From NCBI GenBank assembly GCA_963806185.1, contig CAWDXE010000007.1, positions 608,001-672,000 of the forward strand: DNA of 64,000 nt. The letters run 5' to 3'. Under the pieces are notes generated by a model, which searched no databases, was not told where the DNA came from, and worked only from the letters and a program-made list of their open reading frames with translations. Source of the DNA: an uncultured candidate division Zixibacteria bacterium (GTDB lineage Bacteria > Zixibacteria > MSB-5A5 > GN15 > FEB-12). Below are positions 50,993 through 60,911 of this stretch, in pieces. A program made the position numbers and the translations under genes. The stretch's first letter is position 1. The number at the start of each line of letters is the position of its first letter.

Positions 50993-51679
50993 ATGTCCTG
51001 CACAGCGATCATAGTGGCGGCCGGGCGATCGGAGCGCTTTGGCGGCGAGCTGCCCAAAGTCTTCTTGCCGGTGGCCGGTAAGCCGGTGCTGGCGTGGACA
51101 ATCGGGCGCTTCGAGGATTCCGGCTGCATTTCCGACATCGTTCTGGTAGTGGCCGAGGAGTATATGGAACGGGCGGCTGACCTGGTTTCTGATGCGGGAG
51201 CGGCAAAGGTACGAAGGATCGTATCGGGCGGCCAGACCAGGGCCGATTCCGTTCGTTTGGGACTACAGTCATTGAGCCATTCAACGGAATTGGTGGCAAT
51301 TCACGATGGGGCGCGACCGCTGACCTCCGTGGACGATATTGCAGCCGTCGTCGCCGCCGGAAAGCGATCAGGAGCGGCGATACTGGCCTCGCGGTGCACC
51401 GATGCACTCAAAGTGGTAAGGGATGGGGTTATCGAAAAAACGTTGTCCAAGGAATTGCACTATCTTGCCCAGACACCGCAGGTGTTCACCTACGAACTCA
51501 TCCGGTTGGCGCACGAGCGGACGTCAGTGAATGCCCCGGCCGCGGATGATGCTGTCTTGGTGGAGCAGTCCGGCACACAGGTGACCGTGATCGAACCGCG
51601 GTCCCCAAATCCGAAAATCACTTTTGGTTACGACTTGTTGTTGATTGAGACATTACTTACCCGGGGGTCATATGTCTAG
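50993..51679 (+). CDS. ispD: MEP cytidylyltransferase
   Basis: AAGRSERFG..K, GGQTRADSV, IHDGARP, AQTPQVF, NPKIT. Confidence 0.93.
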   Translation: MSCTAIIVAAGRSERFGGELPKVFLPVAGKPVLAWTIGRFEDSGCISDIVLVVAEEYMERAADLVSDAGAAKVRRIVSGGQTRADSVRLGLQSLSHSTELVAIHDGARPLTSVDDIAAVVAAGKRSGAAILASRCTDALKVVRDGVIEKTLSKELHYLAQTPQVFTYELIRLAHERTSVNAPAADDAVLVEQSGTQVTVIEPRSPNPKITFGYDLLLIETLLTRGSYV

Positions 51680-52157
51680 GTTGCGTGTTGGTCACGGATA
51701 TGATGTTCACCGGCTGGTGGCCGGACGGCGGCTAGTGCTCGGCGGCGTAGACATTGCCCACGAGTCGGGGCTACAGGGACATAGTGACGCCGACGTATTG
51801 GTTCATGCGGTGATGGACGCGCTGCTCGGCGCCGCCGGACTTCCGGATATCGGGCAGCACTTCCCACCGAGTGATGCGAGGTACAAGAATATCGACTCGC
51901 TCAAGCTTCTTGCCGAGGTCGCCTCGATGCTTCGCGAACGGGGATACTATGTGGTGAATATCGACGTCACGCTGATGGCGGAGCGCCCGCATGTCAATCC
52001 GCACATTGCCGCCATGAAGGAGCGGCTTGCGGTCACCCTGAGTCTCTCCGTTGACGCGATCGGCATTAAAGCGACCACCTGTGAAAAACTGGGATTTGTC
52101 GGTCGTGAAGAAGGGATAGCCGCAGCGGCTGTCTGTTTGATTGCCTCGTATGCTTGA
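51672..52157 (+). CDS. ispF: MECDP synthase
   Basis: VGHGYDVHRL, GHSDADV, DIGQHFP, GREEGIAA. Confidence 0.96.
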   Translation: MSRLRVGHGYDVHRLVAGRRLVLGGVDIAHESGLQGHSDADVLVHAVMDALLGAAGLPDIGQHFPPSDARYKNIDSLKLLAEVASMLRERGYYVVNIDVTLMAERPHVNPHIAAMKERLAVTLSLSVDAIGIKATTCEKLGFVGREEGIAAAAVCLIASYA

Positions 52158-52785
52158 TGGAATTCAATCGGTAAACCAGTTTCTCGATCAGATTTTCGCC
52201 TACGGTTCGTTCTGGGTGTATGGTGTGCTGTTTGCCGCCTGCTTTATTGAGAACATATTCCCGCCGTTCCCGGGGGACACGTTTATTGCCGTGGCGGGCG
52301 GACTCATTGCCGCAGGGCGGATAAATCCGGTCGGCGCATTCGCCGCGATAATTCTGGGCGGGCTCACGTCGGTTCTACTGTTGTTCTTGCTGGGGTCCCG
52401 CTATGGCCGTGCCTATTTCTTGAAGAAGAATTTCAAGTACTTTTCGGCTGACGATATCCATCGGATGGAGGGTCGGCTGCAGCGCTGGGGGGCGCTGATC
52501 ATCATCCTGTCGCGTTTCATGATTGGCGTGCGCTCCGCCTTGGTGATTGCCGCCGGCATTGCCGAGTACAACACGGTGAAGATGTTGATCTTCACCGCCA
52601 TATCCTATATCCTGTTTGCATCGCTATTGATTTATGTTGCGGTCGAGGTGTTCCAAAATTACACTGACATTGAGCGGTTTTTCAGGACCTACAATCTGAT
52701 TATTCTGCCCGTATTGGCAATTGTGATTGTTGGGTATGTGGTACATAGATTTATCCGATTGAAGAAGACTAACGGTAAGCAATGA
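52150..52785 (+). CDS. DedA family membrane protein
   Basis: IENIFPPFPGD, LSRFMIGVRS, multiple TM segments. Confidence 0.9.
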   Translation: MLDGIQSVNQFLDQIFAYGSFWVYGVLFAACFIENIFPPFPGDTFIAVAGGLIAAGRINPVGAFAAIILGGLTSVLLLFLLGSRYGRAYFLKKNFKYFSADDIHRMEGRLQRWGALIIILSRFMIGVRSALVIAAGIAEYNTVKMLIFTAISYILFASLLIYVAVEVFQNYTDIERFFRTYNLIILPVLAIVIVGYVVHRFIRLKKTNGKQ

Positions 52786-53804
52786 AGATACTCTTGTTGG
52801 CGGGGGGAAAATCGAGCGAGCGCGACGTGTCTATGCGTAGCGGGGCGGCAATCTACGAAGCGCTACAGCGCCTGGGGCACACGGTACTCGCCATGGACCC
52901 GGCTGACGGTCGCATGCTGGCCATGGCCGAGGGAAAGTTCATCGAGAGCGGCCAGCCGGCGCCCGAATCCACTGATCTCACCGCGCCGGAAGTGTCGGCG
53001 GCGCTTCCGGTGACGCTGGCCTCGCGGGACTTTGCCGATGTCGAATTGGTCATGATCGGCCTGCATGGCGGCATGGGGGAAAATGGTTCGCTGCAGAACC
53101 TGCTCGATCTGGCCGGAAAGAAATATACCGGTTCCGACATGACCGCTTCGGCTGTCGCGATGAACAAGGCGATGTCCAAGCAATTGTTCATCTCCGTGGG
53201 TTTGACCACGCCGAAGTGGATGCTCTATCGACTGACCGGCCACACGACGCTCGAATCGGTGCAGCAGGATATCATTGCCAACCTGAAATTTCCCGTGATC
53301 GTGAAGCCAAATGACGGGGGATCGACAGTCGGGCTGACCAAGGTCGAGGCCGAGTCGGGATTGACAGAGGCGTTGCTGGCGGCGGCCCGGGAATCGCTCA
53401 ATATCCTGGTCGAGGAATATGTCCTCGGCCGCGAATTGACCGTGTCAGTCCTTGACGGTAAAGCGCTGCCGGTTGTGGAGATCAAGCCCAAGAACCCGCT
53501 TTACGATTACGAGGCCAAGTACACCAAGGGAAAATCGGAGTATCTTGCACCCGCGCCCATTTCACCCGAGCAAACGCAGGACGTGCAGAAGGCAGCCATG
53601 CAGGCGTATCAAGTGCTGGGGTGTGCAGGCCTGACCCGGATTGATTTCATACTTGGCGATGATCACAAATTCTACTGCCTGGAGGCAAATACCCTACCGG
53701 GGATGACTAATCTCTCACTGGCGCCAATGGCGGCCAAGTGTGTCGGTATGGAATTTGACGATCTGGTTGCGGCGATCATCAATTCAGCGCTGGAAAGGTA
53801 CTAA
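52782..53804 (+). CDS. ddl: D-alanine--D-alanine ligase
   Basis: GGKSSERDVS, LHGGMGENG, VKPNDGGST, YDYEAKY, EANTLPGMT. Confidence 0.96.
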   Translation: MKILLLAGGKSSERDVSMRSGAAIYEALQRLGHTVLAMDPADGRMLAMAEGKFIESGQPAPESTDLTAPEVSAALPVTLASRDFADVELVMIGLHGGMGENGSLQNLLDLAGKKYTGSDMTASAVAMNKAMSKQLFISVGLTTPKWMLYRLTGHTTLESVQQDIIANLKFPVIVKPNDGGSTVGLTKVEAESGLTEALLAAARESLNILVEEYVLGRELTVSVLDGKALPVVEIKPKNPLYDYEAKYTKGKSEYLAPAPISPEQTQDVQKAAMQAYQVLGCAGLTRIDFILGDDHKFYCLEANTLPGMTNLSLAPMAAKCVGMEFDDLVAAIINSALERY

Positions 53805-53810
53805 CCGAGT

Positions 53811-54548
53811 CTGGAAAAGCTGAAACCGAAAGCGATCATATTCGATTTGGGTTCCACCCTGATCGAGTATGAATCCGTGTCCTGGGAAGAACTGAATAAG
53901 CTATGCGCGGCTTCCGCCCGGAAGTACCTGGCGAAGAAGGGGCATCAGGTCGTCGAGCCGACCGAATTTCATGCCGCCTTCGAACAAGCAAAGGAAGCCT
54001 ACCGCCGGCATGCGGCTGAGTCGCTGGTCGAGTGGGATGTCCCCAAGGTGGCACGGGAATACCTCGCTAAGTGCAATATCCCGTGCGACGAGGAACTGCT
54101 GACAGCCTTCTTCGATGCCTACTACGAACCGGTCGAGAAGCATCTGTATATTTACCAGGACACGATTGAGACTCTGGAACGGCTAAAGGCTCGCTTTCCG
54201 ACTATCGGGTTGATATCCAACACGGTATTCCCGGAACGGGCCCATCTCGGTGAATTGAAGCGCTTCGGGATCAAACCCTTCCTGGATTTTACGATCTTCT
54301 CATCTTCTTTCGGATTGCGGAAACCCCACCCTGATATCTTCTATCGGGCGGCTAATCTGGCCGGCTATGCCCCGGCCGAATGCATCTATATCGGCGACCG
54401 TTATATTGAGGATATCGTCGGTCCGACCTCCATTGGCATGCCGGCGATCCTGAGAGTCAAACCGGACCGCGAGTACCCGGCCGATATGCCGGCGGATGTC
54501 CGCCGTGTAAGTACGCTTTCGGAGTTGGGCAACCATATCGAAATTTAG
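53811..54548 (+). CDS. HAD family hydrolase (probable CTG start)
   Basis: KAIIFDLGSTL extends upstream of the called TTG; LISN, RKPHPDIF, YIGDRYIEDI. Confidence 0.88.
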   Translation: MEKLKPKAIIFDLGSTLIEYESVSWEELNKLCAASARKYLAKKGHQVVEPTEFHAAFEQAKEAYRRHAAESLVEWDVPKVAREYLAKCNIPCDEELLTAFFDAYYEPVEKHLYIYQDTIETLERLKARFPTIGLISNTVFPERAHLGELKRFGIKPFLDFTIFSSSFGLRKPHPDIFYRAANLAGYAPAECIYIGDRYIEDIVGPTSIGMPAILRVKPDREYPADMPADVRRVSTLSELGNHIEI

Positions 54549-54639
54549 GGTTTACGGCCAATCTCCGGTTGTTTATATTCAGCCCCTTACACGCCCGGAT
54601 CGAGCCGTCGTCGGGCACAGTCCTTAGAGAGGTAAACCT

Positions 54640-55716
54640 GTGGATAAGACTGAACTGCTGCTAAAAGAAATTACCGAAGTTAACGGTATCAGCGGGTACG
54701 AGGGCGAAGTTCGCCGCATCATGGAACGCGAATTGAAACCGCTCTCCAATTCGGTTGAGTATGATCGTCTGGGTTCGATTCTCGGTCGCAAGAAGGGCAC
54801 GGCCGCCAATCCGCGAGTGATGGTCGTCGGCCACATGGACGAGATCGGATTCATGGTCAAAGAGGTTACCAAGGAAGGGTATGTCAAATTCCTTCCGGTC
54901 GGCGGGTGGTGGGGACATGTTGCCTTGGCTCAGCGGATGCGGATCATGACGGCCAAAGGAGCCGTGGTCGGTGTGGTTGGTTCACGGCCGCCGCATATTC
55001 TCGAGCCGAAGGACCGCGAAAAGGTCATGGAAATCAAGGATATGTTTATTGATGTCGGCGCCCAGGAAGGGTTTGACGTAGCCAAGAAGCTGGGGGTCAA
55101 GATCGGTGATCCGATCATTCCGGAGAGTCAGTTCACCATTATGGGTAACCCGGATTTGTACATGGCCAAGGCCTTTGACAACCGGGTCGCTTGCGCTATC
55201 GTCATCGACGTCATGCGAAAACTCAAGACGGCCAGACACCCCAATACCGTGCTCGGCGCCGCCTCCGTTCAGGAAGAAGTAGGCGCTCGAGGCGCGATTT
55301 CGCTCGCGCATATCGGCGAGCCCGATGTGTGCATCGTTGTTGATACCGGCATTGGGATGGATATTCCCCCGGAGGGATTCAGTCGTCCCGAAAAACTGGG
55401 CAGCGGACCGTCCGTGCTGGTTTTCGACGGCAGCATGATTCCGAATCTGAAGTTACGCGACCTGGTGATCAAGACGGCGGAGCAGAAGAAGATTCCGTTC
55501 CATCTTACCTATATGGAGCGGGGCGGCACCGACGGCGGCAAGATTCACGTGAATCGCTCGGGCGTGCCCTCGGTGGTGATTGGTCCGGCGGTAAGGTATA
55601 TCCACTCGCACAACAGCATATTGAGTCGCAAGGATTATGACAATACGGTCAAGCTGATAACCGAGTTGATTCTCAAACTTGACCAAAAGACCGCGGCATC
55701 GTTGTCGCAAGACTGA
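54640..55716 (+). CDS. M42 family metalloaminopeptidase
   Basis: GHMDEIGF, KAFDNR, VQEEVG, GGTDG, RYIHS. Confidence 0.93.
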   Translation: MDKTELLLKEITEVNGISGYEGEVRRIMERELKPLSNSVEYDRLGSILGRKKGTAANPRVMVVGHMDEIGFMVKEVTKEGYVKFLPVGGWWGHVALAQRMRIMTAKGAVVGVVGSRPPHILEPKDREKVMEIKDMFIDVGAQEGFDVAKKLGVKIGDPIIPESQFTIMGNPDLYMAKAFDNRVACAIVIDVMRKLKTARHPNTVLGAASVQEEVGARGAISLAHIGEPDVCIVVDTGIGMDIPPEGFSRPEKLGSGPSVLVFDGSMIPNLKLRDLVIKTAEQKKIPFHLTYMERGGTDGGKIHVNRSGVPSVVIGPAVRYIHSHNSILSRKDYDNTVKLITELILKLDQKTAASLSQD

Positions 55717-55722
55717 GCGCAT

Positions 55723-57121
55723 ATGGCCCTGGTATTTCGAAACAGCCTGACCCGCGTCAAAGAAGAGTTCAAGCCGATACAGCCGGGCAAGGTCGGTATG
55801 TACACGTGCGGACCGACCGTCTACAATTTCGCGCACATCGGCAATTTGCGCACGTTTATGTTCGAAGACCTGCTTCGGCGGTATTTGAAGTATAAGGGTC
55901 TGCAGGTCACGCAGGTGATGAATCTGACCGACATCGATGACAAGATCATCAAGGGGTCGATTGCCTCGGGAACGTCGCTCAAGGAATTCACGGCGCCGTT
56001 TATCAAGGCATTTTTCGAAGACCTCGAACAACTCCGGATCGAGAAGGCGGAGCACTATCCGGCGGCCACCGATCACATACCGGAGATGGTGGCAATTGTA
56101 AAGGATCTGGTGGCGCGAGGTATGGCGTACGAGGTGAACGGCAACTACTACTTCAAGATTGCCGCGTTCAAGGATTACGGCAAGCTGGCCAATCTCGATA
56201 TGGCCGGGCTCAAAGCCGGGAGCGCGCATCGCCTCCGATGAATACGAGAAGGAGTCGGTGTCCGATTTTGCCCTGTGGAAGGCCTGGGATCCAAACGACG
56301 GCAACGTGTTCTGGGAGACGGAAATCGGCAAGGGGCGGCCGGGCTGGCATCTCGAGTGCTCGGCGATGTCGATGAAGTATCTCGGTCGGCATTTCGATAT
56401 TCACACCGGCGGCGTCGACAACATGTTTCCTCATCACGAGAATGAGATTGCCCAATCCGAGGGCGCCACGGGCGAGAAGTTCGTCAACTATTGGCTGCAT
56501 GCCGAGCACCTGATTGTCGAGGGGCGGAAGATGTCCAAGTCGCTCGGCAATTACTTCACCCTGCGCGACATTCTTGCCAAGGGGTACGCCGGCGTGGTGG
56601 TTCGCTATTTGCTACTTTCCACGCATTACCGTCAGCAGTTAAACTTCACGTTTGACGGGCTCGACGGTGCCAGAAGCGCGCTCGGGCGGTATAACGACTT
56701 CCTCGGCAATCTCGAGAGTCATCCCGGTGGAACATCAAGCGGCGAGGCGAGCGGGATGATCGACACGGCGCGGACCGGATTCGAGTCATCACTTGACGAC
56801 GATTTGAATATCTCCGGAGCCCTGGGTGTAGTTTTTGAGTTGATTCGAGATATCAATCGTCTCAAGGCGGAGAATAATCTCTCGGTTTTCGAGCGCGACG
56901 CGGTGCTGGCGCTTGTTCGACAGTTTGATCGGGTGCTTGATCTTCAGCAAAAGCAGGAGACTTCGATTGACGCCGAGGTGGAGGCGCTGATTCAGCGCCG
57001 GCAGGACGCGCGCAAGGCGAAGGATTTCAAAATGGCCGATACCATTCGCGATCAGTTGGCCGGAATGGGAATAATCCTGGAGGACACGCCGCAGGGCGTG
57101 AAGTGGAAACGCAAAGTATGA
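55723..57121 (+). CDS. cysS: Cysteine--tRNA ligase (frameshift ~56219)
   Basis: CGPTVY..HIGN | DFALWK, GRPGWHLECS, FPHHENE, KMSKS. Confidence 0.96.
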
Positions 57122-57186
57122 TTGAGCGGCCGCCGTCAAAGGCTTCTTGGTCGCTGTGCCACGCAAATAGCCAGTTGTCTGTTCAA

Positions 57187-57259
57187 GCCGGCGTAACTCA
57201 GTTGGTAGAGTACCTGATTTGTAATCAGGCTGTCGGGGGTTCGAATCCCTTCGCCGGCT
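57187..57259 (+). tRNA. tRNA-Thr(TGT)
   Basis: Acceptor GCCGGCG/CGCCGGC, anticodon arm CCTGA-TTTGTAA-TCAGG, GGTTCGAATCC; CCA not encoded. Confidence 0.95.
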
Positions 57260-57301
57260 CTTTCATTTGCGGCCGCCCGGCCGCAAGGCGAGGTTTCGCT
57301 A

Positions 57302-58366
57302 ATGACGCTTTCAGATTTCTCCCAGCGCATTCTGGTTACCGGAGGCGCCGGATTCATCGGCTCCAATTTCCTTCTGCGCATGGTACCGAAATGTGCGTCG
57401 TACCTCTGGGTGAATGTCGATTGCCTGACGTATGCCGGCAACCTGTCCAACCTGAGCGCCATTGAACCGCTGCCCAATTACGTATTCGAAAAGGTGAACA
57501 TAACCGACGATGCCGGAGTGAAGCGGTTATTCGAGGATTACAAGCCGACCGGAATCATTCATTTTGCCGCCGAATCCCACGTTGATCGCTCAATCGAGAA
57601 CCCCGCTGCCTTTCTGCAGACCAACGTGATCGGTACGTTCAATCTCCTGGAGCAGGCGCGCTTGCGAATGGTCGACGAGCCGTCATTCCGGTTTCATCAG
57701 GTTTCTACGGACGAAGTCTATGGTTCGCAGGGGGAGGGCGACCCGGCCAACGAAAATTCTCCCCACCGCCCCAGTTCGCCCTACGCCGCTTCCAAGGCGG
57801 CGGCCGATGACCTCGTGCGGGCGTACGGTCGTACGTACGGGATGAACGTGGTCGTTTCGTGCAGTTCCAACAACTACGGACCGTTTCAATTCCCGGAGAA
57901 GCTCATCCCGCTGATCATTCGCAATGCCATGACCGGGGTGGAAATTCCGCTCTACGGTGACGGCCGGCACGTTCGGGATTGGCTGTTTGTGGATGATCAC
58001 TGCGATGCCATTGAGACGGTGTACCAGTCCGGCCATCGCGGGAGCACATACCTGGTTGCCGGCGGGAACAGCATGCCGAATCTGGAAATAGCCCGGCATA
58101 TCTGTCGCTTGTTGGACGCTCGTCTGGGCGGCGACGAGCCGCGGGAGGACCTGATTACTTACGTGTCCGAACGCCCGGGACACGATCGGCGGTATGCCAT
58201 CGATTCTTCCACGACGCGACGGGAATTGAACTGGCGACCCAAATACAACCTGGCTGACGGACTGGAGCGGACGGTCAACTGGTACCTGGATCATCGCGAT
58301 TGGCTCGACGCATGCATAAGCGGCGCATACCTGGACTACTACGAACGAAACTACGCTCATCGATAA
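57302..58366 (+). CDS. rfbB: dTDP-glucose 4,6-dehydratase
   Basis: GGAGFIGSNF, LTYAGN, AAESHVDRSI, STDEVYG, YAASK, RPGHDRRYAID. Confidence 0.95.
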   Translation: MTLSDFSQRILVTGGAGFIGSNFLLRMVPKCASYLWVNVDCLTYAGNLSNLSAIEPLPNYVFEKVNITDDAGVKRLFEDYKPTGIIHFAAESHVDRSIENPAAFLQTNVIGTFNLLEQARLRMVDEPSFRFHQVSTDEVYGSQGEGDPANENSPHRPSSPYAASKAAADDLVRAYGRTYGMNVVVSCSSNNYGPFQFPEKLIPLIIRNAMTGVEIPLYGDGRHVRDWLFVDDHCDAIETVYQSGHRGSTYLVAGGNSMPNLEIARHICRLLDARLGGDEPREDLITYVSERPGHDRRYAIDSSTTRRELNWRPKYNLADGLERTVNWYLDHRDWLDACISGAYLDYYERNYAHR

Positions 58367-58370
58367 TGAT

Positions 58371-59243
58371 ATGATTTCGAAGGGCATCATTCTGGCCGGC
58401 GGAGTCGGCAGCCGCCTCTATCCACTCACCCAGGCTACCTGCAAGCAGTTACTCCCGGTCTATGACAAGCCGATGGTGTATTACCCGTTGGCAACACTCA
58501 TGCTGGCCGGACTGCGCGAGTTCCTGATCATCTCAACGCCGACCGATCTCACGCGATTCTCCGAGCTGTTTGGGGACGGCCGGCAACTCGGCATTTCCAT
58601 CGCTTACGCAACTCAGGCTCGCCCCGAAGGGATCGCTCAGGCGCTGATCATTGGTGAAAACTTCACGCAGAATCAGTCGGTCGCGTTAATCCTGGGTGAC
58701 AACATCTTTCTGGGCTCGATTGATTTTCATCAGGCGGCAGAGCGATTCTCCAAGGGCGCAACGATCTTTAGCTGCAAGGTTGAGAATCCCCAGCGGTACG
58801 GCGTACTTGGTTTTGATCCCTCGGGCAAGGTGAACGGCATCGAAGAGAAACCCATCGCGCCAAAATCGAATCAGATCGTAACCGGGCTGTACTTCTATGA
58901 CAATCAAGCCGCGGGCATTGCCAAGGGGCTCCGCCCGTCCGGGCGAAACGAGTTGGAGATTTCTGACGTGAATAGCGCCTACCTGGAAATGGGTCAGCTC
59001 GATGTCGTCGCGCTCGATCATGACTATGCCTGGTTTGATTCTGGGACCTACGATAGTCTGCTGGCGGCCTCGGCCTACGTTGCTCAGCATCAGAAAAAGT
59101 TGGGCCGTAAATTTGCGTGCATCGAGGAAATTGCGCTCGCCCGCGGCTACATAGACATGGGACAGGCCAGGGTACTGGCCGATCAGATGGGCAATAATGA
59201 CTACCGAAAGTATCTGACCGATGTCTTTGGAAACTACAGGTAA
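58371..59243 (+). CDS. rfbA: Glucose-1-phosphate thymidylyltransferase
   Basis: KGIILAGG.GSRLYPLT, KQLLPVYDKPM, LILGDNIF, EEKP. Confidence 0.95.
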   Translation: MISKGIILAGGVGSRLYPLTQATCKQLLPVYDKPMVYYPLATLMLAGLREFLIISTPTDLTRFSELFGDGRQLGISIAYATQARPEGIAQALIIGENFTQNQSVALILGDNIFLGSIDFHQAAERFSKGATIFSCKVENPQRYGVLGFDPSGKVNGIEEKPIAPKSNQIVTGLYFYDNQAAGIAKGLRPSGRNELEISDVNSAYLEMGQLDVVALDHDYAWFDSGTYDSLLAASAYVAQHQKKLGRKFACIEEIALARGYIDMGQARVLADQMGNNDYRKYLTDVFGNYR

Positions 59244-60141
59244 TCCCGCTCGCCGCGTCATGGTAATTGGCTGCCAGGGACAGCTCGGCCGTGAGTTGAT
59301 GACTCAATATGCTGAGAAATACGTCATGGTCGGCGTGGGACACGACGAACTGGACATCACCGACCGCGATGCTGTTCGCGACGCCATCGAAATGGTCGGG
59401 CCGGAAGTAGTCCTGGTTACTGCCGCGAAGGCGAACGTCGATTGGTGCGAGAGTCATCCCGCCGAGGCGGCAGCAGTGAATACCTACGGGGCGGCGCATA
59501 TTTCCCATGCCTGCCGGCATACGGGAGCCTGGCCAATTTACTTTTCGACTGACTATGTATTCGATGGCAACAAACGAGAACCTTACGTTGAGTCCGACGA
59601 AACCAATCCCATCTCCAAATATGGCAGCACCAAGCTGAGAGGGGAGATGGGGATCCTGGACATGTGCCCCAAATCCACCGTCTTGCGAGTTTCCTGGTTT
59701 TATAGTCGTCATGGGCGGGGATTCATCCGGCAGATGCTGACGAAGGCAGGAGAATACCTTCGCCAGAAGCAGAGCGGGTCGCCCGTGCCGATTGATGTCG
59801 TCTCCGATCAGTTCAGCAATCCGACCTGGACCGTGGACATTGCGAATCAAACACAGGTGATCATTGAATGCGGCTTGACTGGTCTGTTTCATGCCGGTTC
59901 GGTCGGTGGCACGTCGCGCCCCGATCTCGCCCGATTTCTGTTTAGGGAACTCGATCTGGACGTAGAGATTAACGAAGTTCCGCGAACTCACTACCCCGGA
60001 GGCGGAATCCGACCGGCCTATTCGTCTCTGCAAAACGACGCGCTTGAAGCGGTCGGCCGGAACGTCATGCGAGACTATCAGGTGGCATTGCGGGAGTTTG
60101 TTCAGAGCCACCGAAAGGAGTTATTGGAACTAGTCCAATAG
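59221..60141 (+). CDS. rfbD: dTDP-4-dehydrorhamnose reductase
   Basis: GCQGQLG, STDYVFDG, YGSTK, DQFSNPT, RPAYSSL. Confidence 0.92.
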   Translation: MSLETTGNPARRVMVIGCQGQLGRELMTQYAEKYVMVGVGHDELDITDRDAVRDAIEMVGPEVVLVTAAKANVDWCESHPAEAAAVNTYGAAHISHACRHTGAWPIYFSTDYVFDGNKREPYVESDETNPISKYGSTKLRGEMGILDMCPKSTVLRVSWFYSRHGRGFIRQMLTKAGEYLRQKQSGSPVPIDVVSDQFSNPTWTVDIANQTQVIIECGLTGLFHAGSVGGTSRPDLARFLFRELDLDVEINEVPRTHYPGGGIRPAYSSLQNDALEAVGRNVMRDYQVALREFVQSHRKELLELVQ

Positions 60142-60263
60142 TGCGGACTGATTTCTGTCGACAAAGTCGTTGGAACGCCGAATCGCATGCCGTATACTTC
60201 GACCGGACAAGCGAATGCGATGAAGGTCCCGGCAGTGAAATTCCCGAATTTATTGATGATACT

Positions 60264-60851
60264 ATGATGTCACCCGACGAGAAACATATCATCCGCTCCT
60301 CGTTTGAACGCCACTTTGAAGTGGCACGGAAAGCGATGGAGCAGCTTACCGACCCGATCAGCGAGGCCGGCAAGATTCTGGTGGAATGCCTGACCGCCGG
60401 ACGCAAAGTGTTGATTTGCGGCAACGGCGGCTCGGCTGCTGACGCTCAGCATTTCGCTGCCGAACTCACCGGGCGCTTTGTTCGCGAGCGACGCGGCCTG
60501 CCTGCGATAGCGCTCTCCAGCGATTCGTCGGCACTAACGGCAATAGGTAATGACTACGGCTTCGACCGGGTCTTCTCGCGGCAGGTTGAGGCCTTGGCCC
60601 AGTCGGGCGATGTTCTGGTGGCTATCTCCACCTCCGGCAAATCTCCAAATGTAATTCAGGCTGTTGCTGCTGCCCACAAAGGCGGCTGCCGCACCATCGC
60701 GTTGTCCGGAGGTGGCGGGGGTGAATTGGCGCGCAAGGCCGATCGTGCCATAGTCGTCCCGTCTGATGAAACGGCGGTCATACAGGAATTGCACATTGTG
60801 ATTATCCATCTCCTGTGTGAATTGATTGACAAGCAATTCGCCCGCGACTGA
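60264..60851 (+). CDS. gmhA: D-sedoheptulose 7-phosphate isomerase
   Basis: CGNGGSAADAQHFAAEL, NDYG..FSRQVEA, ISTSG.SPN, IQELH; start chosen at ATG 60264. Confidence 0.93.
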   Translation: MMSPDEKHIIRSSFERHFEVARKAMEQLTDPISEAGKILVECLTAGRKVLICGNGGSAADAQHFAAELTGRFVRERRGLPAIALSSDSSALTAIGNDYGFDRVFSRQVEALAQSGDVLVAISTSGKSPNVIQAVAAAHKGGCRTIALSGGGGGELARKADRAIVVPSDETAVIQELHIVIIHLLCELIDKQFARD

Positions 60852-60911
60852 TGGATGGCCCCTCGGATATTCATGGTGATCTCGACTCGTTACACCCGGA
60901 AATGAGCCCAA

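Noticed and set aside
58768..60111. 447-aa minus-strand ORF and other long antisense ORFs (e.g. 36216-37127, 43315-44253)
   Set aside because: Shadows of well-supported plus-strand genes in GC-rich DNA, with no recognisable motifs
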